NCBI GenBank assembly: GCA_965205855.1
Contig: OZ242184.1
Coordinates: 1,280,001-1,344,000, forward strand
DNA from: Thermodesulfobacteriota bacterium
GTDB taxonomy: Bacteria > Desulfobacterota_D > UBA1144 > Nemesobacterales > Mycalebacteriaceae
Length of the DNA: 64,000 nt
Direction: 5' to 3'
Shown here: in pieces, positions 40,463 to 49,068 of the stretch
Numbering within the stretch: position 1 is the stretch's first letter
Layout of the letters: every line of letters starts with the position of its first letter
Position numbers and translations under genes: made by a program
Notes under the pieces: model-generated
Seen by the model: only the letters and a program-made list of their open reading frames with translations
What the model was told of the DNA's origin: nothing
The model's database searches: none

Positions 40463-41798
40463 CGGAATCAAAAAAATTACAATAATTGGAGCCGGACAAG
40501 TGGGAACCCTTCTTGCCGAAGACCTGTGCCATCAGAAACACGACATAGTGCTGGTTGATAAAAGTAAAAACGAGATCAATATCATAAAAGACCAACTCGA
40601 CATAATGTGTATTGAGGGAGACGCGAGCCATCCCGATGTAATTGAAGAGGCTGGGATGTGCGATTCTGACATTGTTCTCGCGGTTTCGGGAGACGACAAA
40701 ACAAACATCCTGTGCGCCCTGACAGCAAACTTGCGGGGAGTCAAAACCACAATCGCAAAGGTGAGAAACCCCGTATACGCGGGATATGTGAATATGCTGA
40801 AACAGGAAGGCATCGCCGTGGTCAATCCGGGTGAAATCATATCAACAAACATAAAGAAAATCGTAACCGAATCGCACTTTGCCTGGAGCAGCAGAAAAAT
40901 AGCGGACGGCAAGATAGACCTGTTCAAACTCAAGATCAACGAGAAAGCGCCGGTTCTGGAAAATTCGTTAAAAAACCTTGACATCTCCCCGTGGATACTT
41001 GTGGGGGTGGCAAGAGAAGGAAATATGGTCATTCCTTCCGGAGACACGGTTCTTATGCCCGGAGACAATGTCTACGCGCTTGGAGACGCCTCCGCTTTTG
41101 ACAATCTGAAAGCCGCGCTCGGAATTACGGAAGACAAAAAATTGAAAAACATAATCATAGTCGGAGCAGGACTGCTCGGCTCTCTTACCGCCTCACTGCT
41201 TCACCAGAGCGGGACCACGGTCAAAGTGATAGAAAGCGACCCCGACGCGGCGGCGGAACTTGCCGACAATGTTCCGGGAATCATTGTGCTGCGCGGAGAC
41301 GGAACGGACGCCCAGATACAGAAAGAAGCGGGCATTGAAGTGGCGGACTATTTTTTCGCCCTCACGGGCGACGACGGGGAAAACATTCTCAGCTCGCTTC
41401 TCGCGCGGCGGCTCGGAGCCAAAAAAAATATGGTTCTCTACACAAAGCCCGACTATATGGATGTGCTTGAAACCACGGGCATAGATGCCGGCATAAGCGT
41501 CCGGCTGTCGGTGGTGAATGAAATCCTGGCAATGCTTGACATCGGAAAAACGGTCAAAACAACGCTTCTTGAGGAAGGGCGCGGAGAAATAATGGAATTT
41601 GTCGTGGGGGAGGACTCGAACATACGCGGAACCTCGCTTCAAAACGCGGGTCTGCCGGAAGGGTGCATTGTCGGCGCATGCATAAGGGGAGACAAAACAA
41701 TAATACCCAGAGGGAATTTCACTCCACAGATAAATGACAGGGTAATAATTTTCACCCTGCCCGAGTCGATACACAAAGTTGAGAAGGCGATATCGTAA
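40452..41798 (+). CDS. trkA: Trk potassium uptake NAD-binding subunit
   Basis: Two RCK_N GAGxxG motifs and two RCK_C domains; TTG start after GGAGG. Confidence 0.93.
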   Translation: MGANGIKKITIIGAGQVGTLLAEDLCHQKHDIVLVDKSKNEINIIKDQLDIMCIEGDASHPDVIEEAGMCDSDIVLAVSGDDKTNILCALTANLRGVKTTIAKVRNPVYAGYVNMLKQEGIAVVNPGEIISTNIKKIVTESHFAWSSRKIADGKIDLFKLKINEKAPVLENSLKNLDISPWILVGVAREGNMVIPSGDTVLMPGDNVYALGDASAFDNLKAALGITEDKKLKNIIIVGAGLLGSLTASLLHQSGTTVKVIESDPDAAAELADNVPGIIVLRGDGTDAQIQKEAGIEVADYFFALTGDDGENILSSLLARRLGAKKNMVLYTKPDYMDVLETTGIDAGISVRLSVVNEILAMLDIGKTVKTTLLEEGRGEIMEFVVGEDSNIRGTSLQNAGLPEGCIVGACIRGDKTIIPRGNFTPQINDRVIIFTLPESIHKVEKAIS

Positions 41799-43253
41799 GT
41801 GAACTACAGTTTTTGCTTCAACACACTCGGCAGCTTCCTACGAATCCTTGGAGTGATGATGCTTATTCCGGCAATTCTGCCACTGATAGAAGGCGAAAAA
41901 GGGGTAATAAGCCTTATCACTTCCGCAGCCATCACCTTCGGCGCGGGGGTGATTCTCGTAATTTCCACGCGCACAAAAGGGGAGATTGAGGAAATTGACA
42001 GAAAATCCGGATTTCTGGTGGCGACCCTGTTCTGGGTTGGCGCGAGCTTGTTTGGCGCCCTTCCCTATCTTGCTTACGGTACCCTGACAAATCCGGTGGA
42101 CGCCATCTTTGAGGCGACAACAGGATTTACAACCACCGGGTCAACCATCATAGCGGATGTTGAAAGTCTTCCTCACGCAATAACCCTTTGGAGACACCTC
42201 ACACAGTGGGTCGGAGGAATGGGAATTGTCGTTCTCGCAATAGCAGTTCTTCCGCGCCTTTCAATCGGGGGCGGGCGGCTCATGGCTCTTGAAGCTCCGG
42301 GCCCGTCAACGGAGCGGCTTACGCCCAAAATCGCCGAAACCGCAAAAAGCATCTGGTTTGTATATGTCGCGCTTTCGTTTCTGCTTATCGCCATCCTTCT
42401 CGCGTGCGGAATGTCTCCGATTAACGCCGTGGCACATTCGTTCAGCACAATGTCAACCGGCGGGCTTTCCTCTCTCAACCAGAGTATTGGAGGTTTCAAC
42501 AGCGTTATTATTGAAGTTGTTATCATGATTTTTATGTTCATTTCGGGAATGAATTTCGTAATTTTCTATCTGGTAATGAAGGGAAAATGGAAAAACGCAT
42601 TCAGAGGCGAGGAGTTAAAACTCTATTTTTTTATAACCGTCATGGCGATTATTGTCGTCTTGCTGGATGTGTGGACGCATCACAGTTTTGAGGATTTTGG
42701 CGAGGCGTTGAGACACTCGGCTTTTCAAGTCGTCTCGGTGGTAACGACAACCGGCTACAGCTCAACCGATTTTATTTCCTGGCCCCCGATGTCATTGCTG
42801 GTGTTGAGTCTGATTATGATTGTCGGCGGGTGTTCCGGCTCAACCTCCGGGGCGATGAAGCAGTCAAGGGCAATTATTATCCTCAAAAAATGCTACGATG
42901 ACATGAGAAAAATGGTCTATCCGAACCTTGTGTCCACAATCCGGTTTGACGGCAAAAAAATAGACAGCCCCATCGTCTCAAATATAATGAGTTTTCTTTT
43001 TCTCTACCTCACGACTTTGCTTGTGGGAACCCTGTTGATAAGCCTGATTGAGCATGAGCATATCGGCATCGGCATCGCGTTTTCTTCGGCAATCGCCGCA
43101 ATAGGAAACGCCGGAGGGGGCCTGGTGCCAAACGACCACTACGTGGGATTTGAAAATTCCACAAAATTGATTCTTTCCGCACTGATGATAATAGGAAGGC
43201 TTGAAATCTATACGATTCTCGTGCTTCTGATACCCGATTTCTGGAGAAAATAG
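41799..43253 (+). CDS. trkH: Trk potassium uptake membrane subunit
   Basis: GFTTTGST, QWVGGMG, STGG, TTTGY, GGCSGST, GRLE. Confidence 0.94.
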   Translation: MNYSFCFNTLGSFLRILGVMMLIPAILPLIEGEKGVISLITSAAITFGAGVILVISTRTKGEIEEIDRKSGFLVATLFWVGASLFGALPYLAYGTLTNPVDAIFEATTGFTTTGSTIIADVESLPHAITLWRHLTQWVGGMGIVVLAIAVLPRLSIGGGRLMALEAPGPSTERLTPKIAETAKSIWFVYVALSFLLIAILLACGMSPINAVAHSFSTMSTGGLSSLNQSIGGFNSVIIEVVIMIFMFISGMNFVIFYLVMKGKWKNAFRGEELKLYFFITVMAIIVVLLDVWTHHSFEDFGEALRHSAFQVVSVVTTTGYSSTDFISWPPMSLLVLSLIMIVGGCSGSTSGAMKQSRAIIILKKCYDDMRKMVYPNLVSTIRFDGKKIDSPIVSNIMSFLFLYLTTLLVGTLLISLIEHEHIGIGIAFSSAIAAIGNAGGGLVPNDHYVGFENSTKLILSALMIIGRLEIYTILVLLIPDFWRK

Positions 43254-43255
43254 CC

Positions 43256-44194
43256 ATGGAGTTTCTGAAAAACTTTTCCACGGAGGAAAGTTTGAAAACA
43301 GTTTGCGCGCTGGGCAATTTTGACGGAGTCCATTTGGGGCATCAAAAGGTTATCTCGGCTCTGAAAGACAAAGCGAAACATTACGGCGTAAAATCATGCG
43401 CGGTAACTTTCAACCCTCATCCCCAGAAATTTATGGGAAACAAAACGGTCAGGCTGCTTGTGCCTTTTGAGGAAAGGCTCCGGTTGCTTGAAAAAAGCGG
43501 GCTTGACATATGCGTGAGCCTGGAGTTCTGCGAAAGTCTCGAGCTTATGTCTCCGGAAAATTTTATCAGGGAAATAATGGTGGAAAAAGCCGGAATTAAA
43601 TCCATAGTGGTGGGGCCGCGATTCAGATTCGGCAACAAAAGAAAAGGCGATGTTGGTATGCTGAAAAATCTGGGCAGCAGGTTCGGATTTGAAACCACGG
43701 TTCTTGAGCCAGCACGAGTCGGAGGCACGCGGGTCAGTAGCAGCAGGATAAGAGACCTGATACTTGAGGGACGCGCGGAGGAGACTTCCGAGTTGCTCGG
43801 ATACAATTATTATGTGAAAGGCGTCGTGGACAAGGGAAAAAAACGCGGAAGGGAAATAGGGTTTCCAACAGTCAATCTCAAAACCGACTGGGAGATTCTT
43901 CCCGCGCCGGGCGTTTACGCCACAACCACGGTGATTGACGGAAAATCCGGAAAAAGCATAACCAACATAGGACGCAGGCCCACTTTTGGAGAAGACAGCT
44001 TAACGGTTACCGAAAGTCATCTGCTCGACACGGACGGGGATTTCTACGGAAAAACCGCGACCGTTGAGTTTGTAAAGAAGATAAGAGATGAAAAAAAATT
44101 CGGCTCCGCACGCGAGCTGTGTGCGCAGATAGAAAAAGATATTGAGCGGGTTCGCGTCATACTGAAAGACAAAGAGGAAAAGCAACCGGAATGA
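43256..44194 (+). CDS. ribF: Riboflavin kinase/FAD synthetase
   Basis: GNFDGVHLGHQ, VSSSRIR, GFPTVN, NIGRRPTF, ESHL. Confidence 0.96.
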   Translation: MEFLKNFSTEESLKTVCALGNFDGVHLGHQKVISALKDKAKHYGVKSCAVTFNPHPQKFMGNKTVRLLVPFEERLRLLEKSGLDICVSLEFCESLELMSPENFIREIMVEKAGIKSIVVGPRFRFGNKRKGDVGMLKNLGSRFGFETTVLEPARVGGTRVSSSRIRDLILEGRAEETSELLGYNYYVKGVVDKGKKRGREIGFPTVNLKTDWEILPAPGVYATTTVIDGKSGKSITNIGRRPTFGEDSLTVTESHLLDTDGDFYGKTATVEFVKKIRDEKKFGSARELCAQIEKDIERVRVILKDKEEKQPE

Positions 44195-45054
44195 AAGTCT
44201 CAAAAACACCGGCGGGCGTAACGGGTTTGTTCGGCATTTTCGGACATCCCGTGCGACACAGTCGCTCTCCCAACATGCACAACGCCGCTTTTTCCGCCCT
44301 TGGAATGAACTGCATCTATCTGGCTTTTGACATTCTTCCCGAACTGGTCAAACCCGCCGTTGAATCTTTGCGGGCGCTCTCAATACGCGGAGTCAACATA
44401 ACCGTCCCGCACAAACAGGCGGTCATGCGGGAAATGGATTTTCTCGCCCCGTCCGCCGAGCTTGCGGGCGCGGTCAATACTGTTAAAAATCAAAACGGCC
44501 GGCTTGAGGGACACAATACCGATATTGAAGGCGCTCTCAAAGCGCTTGATGTTTCAATGGGTTTCCGGCCGGGGGGAAAAACCGCCCTTGTCATAGGAGC
44601 GGGCGGAGCCGCAAGGGCTTTGCTGTCTGGGCTTTGCATGGAAAACGCGACAATGGTTTTTATCGCAAACAGAACACCGGCAAAAGCGGAAAACCTTGTG
44701 AATGAGTTTGCGGGGAAATTCACAAAAACACGGGTGGAATATTCGGGTCTTGAAGGTGCGGAAATACTGAATAGTGCTCGCCGCGCAGACATCATAATCA
44801 ACTGCTCGTCCGGTGGGATGGAGGGAAACACGCCGCTTGAAATTCCCCTTGAGGAATTCGGCGGGGAATTCGGGGTTTACGACCTTGTTTACAAACCGCG
44901 CGAAACCCCTCTTGTCGCAAGAGCGCGGGAACTCGGAATAAAGGCGGAGTCGGGAATTGATATGTTGCTATATCAGGGAGCAAAATCATTTGAGATTTGG
45001 ACCGGGAAGGAAGCTCCGATTGAGACCATGAAAAAAGCCCTGGCCGGAGGTTGA
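44191..45054 (+). CDS. aroE: Shikimate dehydrogenase
   Basis: HSRSP, NITVPHK, GAVNT, NTD, GAGGAARA, NRT, DLVY. Confidence 0.95.
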   Translation: MKVSKTPAGVTGLFGIFGHPVRHSRSPNMHNAAFSALGMNCIYLAFDILPELVKPAVESLRALSIRGVNITVPHKQAVMREMDFLAPSAELAGAVNTVKNQNGRLEGHNTDIEGALKALDVSMGFRPGGKTALVIGAGGAARALLSGLCMENATMVFIANRTPAKAENLVNEFAGKFTKTRVEYSGLEGAEILNSARRADIIINCSSGGMEGNTPLEIPLEEFGGEFGVYDLVYKPRETPLVARARELGIKAESGIDMLLYQGAKSFEIWTGKEAPIETMKKALAGG

Positions 45055-45059
45055 AAAAA

Positions 45060-45806
45060 ATGGCACAAAGCACTCTTTTGATTTACGAACCCCTTGGCTC
45101 ACTTCCGGGTGCGGAATACTGGAAGCAATACATAGAGTTCTACGAGAAGTTTTGGGACAGACCCGCTTCTCACAAATCAGCATGGTGGGGAGCGGAATAC
45201 GATGAATTCAGAAAATCCTTTGCAAACAGCCTCAATATCGGCACGGACGAAATAAGGAACTGTTTTTTTACAAAAAAAGACGCCGATTATTTTGTGTGTC
45301 GTCTGGGCGACGAGTCAGGTTTCAATATCATTTCATCCGAAAACGACATTCCGTTTGAATGGCTTGCGGCTTTTGACGAAAAAAAGCGCGATTTCTTCTA
45401 CACGCATGTCGGCTTCGGAGCCGTTCATCATGACTCAATCTACTATACGGAAAAAATAGGAAAAGCAATGGAAAGAATAGAAGCCGCCGGCAAATTTCTC
45501 GGGCGAATAGAAGAAGCGGTTTCCAAGTATCCCGTCCTTGAAAAATTAAGGGAGCTACCCGCGAAAGCAGCGGATATGAACAGTTGGTTGCGCGGTTTCA
45601 ACCCGGAAGGGGAAATAGTTTTAAACTACGGCGAAATATGCTCCTTTATAACCCGAGACTCAATGAAAAACGAGAACTCCGTAGGCGACTTGAAAAGGAT
45701 AATCGCAAGTGTGGACAAGGGCGACTTTGAAAAAGCGGAGTCCGATTTGAAACTCTTGAACGCCAAATGGGACGAGATAAAAAGCGCGATTCACAGGAGC
45801 GGTTAG
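45060..45806 (+). CDS. Hypothetical protein
   Basis: About 248 aa ORF packed between aroE and purU with host-like composition; no motif recognised. Confidence 0.7.
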   Translation: MAQSTLLIYEPLGSLPGAEYWKQYIEFYEKFWDRPASHKSAWWGAEYDEFRKSFANSLNIGTDEIRNCFFTKKDADYFVCRLGDESGFNIISSENDIPFEWLAAFDEKKRDFFYTHVGFGAVHHDSIYYTEKIGKAMERIEAAGKFLGRIEEAVSKYPVLEKLRELPAKAADMNSWLRGFNPEGEIVLNYGEICSFITRDSMKNENSVGDLKRIIASVDKGDFEKAESDLKLLNAKWDEIKSAIHRSG

Positions 45807-46679
45807 CTGCTGTTAGCATCCCGAAAACAGAGAAGTTTCATATTGAAAGCCTTCTGCCTCGCGAAAGACAGCATAGAGAGAAACTTGGAATCGTTCTTTA
45901 AAGAAAACGGTTACTACATTCTCTCCCAACGGCTGTTTGAAGACAAGCTTAGAGGCGGTTTTTTTATAAGAACGGCGTTCAACTCGGAGCGGGGCGAAGA
46001 GGAAATTGAGAAAATACGTGACGGATTTTCCCGCGCAGTGGCCGAGAAATTCGGCATGGAATGGGGGATTTACGACCCGCTCAAGCCGTTCAAGGTTATG
46101 ATTATGGTCTCAAAACTTGACCACTGCCTGAGGGATTTGCTTTACAGGTGCGAAACCGGACGCCTGCCGATGGAAATAACCGCCGTTGTTTCCAACCACA
46201 ATAATTTGCGCGAATATGTTGAAAATAAGGGAATAAAGTACATTCACCTGCCCGTCAGCAAAGAGACAAAGCCGCAACAGGAAGCGAAGCTTTTGAAAAT
46301 CATCAAAAAGACGGATACGGAACTTGTTGTGCTTGCGCGTTACATGCAGATTTTCTCCGCCGAAACCGCGGAAAAACTTTATGGAAGATGCATAAACATA
46401 CACCACTCGCTGCTACCGGCGTTCAAGGGCCCGAAGGCCTATCATCAGGCATACAAATACGGAGTGAAAGTTGTCGGCGCGACTGCGCACTATGTGACTG
46501 AAGATCTGGACGAAGGACCGGTAATTGAGCAATGGTCAACCCGTGTTGACCACACTAAAATGCCCGAAGACTTAAAAAAAATCGCAACAGAAAACGAACG
46601 AGAAGTCCTCGCAAAAGCGGTCAGATACCATATTGAACACCGCATATTCATTGACGGAAGAAGAACGGTTATTTTGTAG
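45807..46679 (+). CDS. purU: Formyltetrahydrofolate deformylase (start uncertain: CTG 45807 or TTG 45843)
   Basis: VSKLDHCL, SNH, LARYMQI, INIHHSLLPAF, GATAHYVT.DLDEGP; divergent ACT domain. Confidence 0.92.
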   Translation: MLLASRKQRSFILKAFCLAKDSIERNLESFFKENGYYILSQRLFEDKLRGGFFIRTAFNSERGEEEIEKIRDGFSRAVAEKFGMEWGIYDPLKPFKVMIMVSKLDHCLRDLLYRCETGRLPMEITAVVSNHNNLREYVENKGIKYIHLPVSKETKPQQEAKLLKIIKKTDTELVVLARYMQIFSAETAEKLYGRCINIHHSLLPAFKGPKAYHQAYKYGVKVVGATAHYVTEDLDEGPVIEQWSTRVDHTKMPEDLKKIATENEREVLAKAVRYHIEHRIFIDGRRTVIL

Positions 46680-46699
46680 GGAAGATAAACCCGAACGGT

Positions 46700-47119
46700 T
46701 TATTTGTTTTTCAGCAACTTCACAAGAAGATTCAGTTTTCTTTTAAGAATCCGTTCATCTTTGAGTTCACACTCCCATATCCGTAATGTATTCCATCCCA
46801 TACTTTTAACTGTTTTATCCACAATCCTGTCGCGCTTTTTATTTGCACCTATCTTTTTAACCCAGAACTCTTTGTTATTTGTGGGGACTTGACCATGCCT
46901 TGGACAGTCATGCCAGAAACACCCGTCAACAAAAACCGCCACCTTACATTTTGGAAAAGTAATATCTGGTTTGCCAAAAATTGGATATTTCCGGCGCCAG
47001 CCAGTCAGGCAATTTTGCTTTAATATATCAATCAGTTTTCCTTCGGTTGATTTGTTTCCTGTGGACCTTACCCTCGCCATAAGCCACGATCTTTTTTCTT
47101 TGGTATAGATGTCAACCAT
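46700..47119 (-). CDS. vsr: Very short patch repair endonuclease
   Basis: DIYT.EKRSWLM, GKPD, FVDGCFWH, RDR, GW..LRIWEC. Confidence 0.93.
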   Translation of the reverse strand: MVDIYTKEKRSWLMARVRSTGNKSTEGKLIDILKQNCLTGWRRKYPIFGKPDITFPKCKVAVFVDGCFWHDCPRHGQVPTNNKEFWVKKIGANKKRDRIVDKTVKSMGWNTLRIWECELKDERILKRKLNLLVKLLKNK

Positions 47120-48778
47120 TGATTTGTGAGTCATCAAGTTGACACAGGAGAAATGAAATCAAACTCAAGATATTTAAGCAATCTTTTCTCTTAAACGGCA
47201 AACTATCAACCGGAGTGTGAGCTGCCAAATTTCTAAATCCTTGAAAGAGACCAACCGAAAGAGAGCATTGACCTTTTTGCATATTGATTTCGTTCCTACT
47301 GGACAGCTTTGAAATTTGAACTTTCGGATGGTTAGTTATGTCAAATTTACCGTTTTTAAATTCATAAACGACATTAAAAGCTTTCCTCATCATATCGACA
47401 TCACTCTTATATTCACCATCCATTTTTCCTTTAACCTCACTGGCATAGATTTTTACCCTTCAGTTGCAGCTTCCGGGTATTGTTCATTTTCATAATATTC
47501 CTTCAGTCTATCTTTTATTTTTGGGTGCAGATGGTGCCAATGATAGCGTGCATAATGTGAAGTAATCCCGTATAATTTTTTGGTAAATTCCGTTGCTATG
47601 TCAGTTTCAATTTCAGGAATATCTTTAATGTCTTCCAACAACTGAATGACTATATTGTCCATGGGAGACGGAACCGAACCGAGCCAGCCTTTTATATCGT
47701 GTATATTTTGAATGGTTTCGTTTTTTATATTTCTGCGCTTTTCACGCCAACCCCTTTGAATAGATTGAACACATTTTCGAATATATTCATGTAAGTTGTT
47801 AGCTTCCGCATCACCCCAAGTTATACTTTGTCTGTTAGTAGAGATAACATCTTCTGAAAAATCTTCTATAAAATCAACGTGTAAAAATCCACTCAAATAT
47901 GAAAAGAAATGACTGGATGTTCCCTCGGAAAATTGATAGGGTGTTTGAACAAGTTTTCCTCTGGAAAACAAAGAAATGCCACGTGCGTTAAATCTTGGAG
48001 CAATTGGTTTTCTGGTCGTGATAACTTTTCCTTTAATTTCCATTCTGTGCTTGTATTGAGGATCAATATCAACAAAATCATCAGGAAACTCCCAAGAGAA
48101 TTCCTGTTCAAATCCATCAAAGCGCATTTCGTTTGTTAATTGATTTTCTTTATTATTGTTATATCTAAAGGTGACGGTAAATTCTTCATCAAAAATAAAA
48201 AATTTTGCTATACTTTGAGCCAAACTTTCTTCTGAAAAATCAGATTCCCTTTTTATATTTTCCAAAGTTATTTCCGTACCGAATTCACTTTCTTGGGCGG
48301 GCTGATCCAGTGCAATTGGATTTATAACGTAGTCCCCGTCCGCACTCATTAAGCTATTCCAATCCATGGAAAATTCGTTTCTAATGCTATCTTTGACGGT
48401 TCTTACCGTAATCGTTTGGACAATCCCAAAAAATGAAAGTTTCCCCAAACCTTTTTTGCCAATGACTCTTCTACCTCTCGGAGTCAAACCTTCTTCTTCA
48501 TCCCTGCGGTTTCTCCCAATAACAAGAAACTTACTTCTAATACAATCTGAAGACATACCTATTCCGTTGTCTCTCACGACTATTCTTTTGTTTTCATCCG
48601 TATCATGAAGTTCTATCTCAACTCTTGTGGCATCGGCATCATAGGAATTGGCTACCAGCTCACTCAAAACCGGAGGAAGAGTCGAATACATACGAACCCC
48701 AAGGTGTTCTATGGTCTTAGGGTCAAATTTCATTACAAAATTGTTTTGTCCGTTCATAATACTGCCTTCAATAACCAC
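47112..48778 (-). pseudogene. GHKL/MORC-type ATPase fused to a TIGR02391 (Ymh, HEPN-like) domain, split by a 1-nt frameshift at 47456-47458
   Basis: ELVANSYDA, DNGIGM, GKKGLGK GHKL boxes; one extra G gives ...EAATEGVKIYASEVK... continuing into the ORF with FRNLAAH. Confidence 0.8.
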
Positions 48779-49068
48779 AGACAGACTTGGCTATTCTATA
48801 TGCAAGTTGTGGGGGAACCGCATTACCTATTAATTTGGTTACAACCATAGAACTGTTGGATTGAAACTTATAATTTTCAAATGTTTGCAATGCCGCGCCT
48901 TCCCTGAGAGACAATCCTCTATGTTCTGTGGGATGTGCAAAGCGACCATTGGAAATTCCGCTAAATCTTGTTGTTAGAGTTGAAGCGGGTTTTTTCCACC
49001 TTAGTCTACCGTACACATCTTTGAAACAATTATCCCTTCCCCGATAGGCTCGAAGTTGGAGATTAGGG
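48768..49068 (-). pseudogene. dcm: C-terminal remnant of a C5-cytosine DNA methyltransferase
   Basis: DVYGRL.W.KPASTLTT...GRFAHP..HRGLSLREGAALQTF (motif IX)...IGNAVP (motif X); motifs I-VIII absent. Confidence 0.85.

Noticed and set aside
46815-46823. Perfect DnaA box TTATCCACA
   Set aside because: Single copy inside vsr; no cluster or dnaA nearby.
47450-47465. Programmed -1 ribosomal frameshift at the ATPase-Ymh junction
   Set aside because: No X XXY YYZ slippery heptamer in the correct frame; a 1-nt deletion is simpler.
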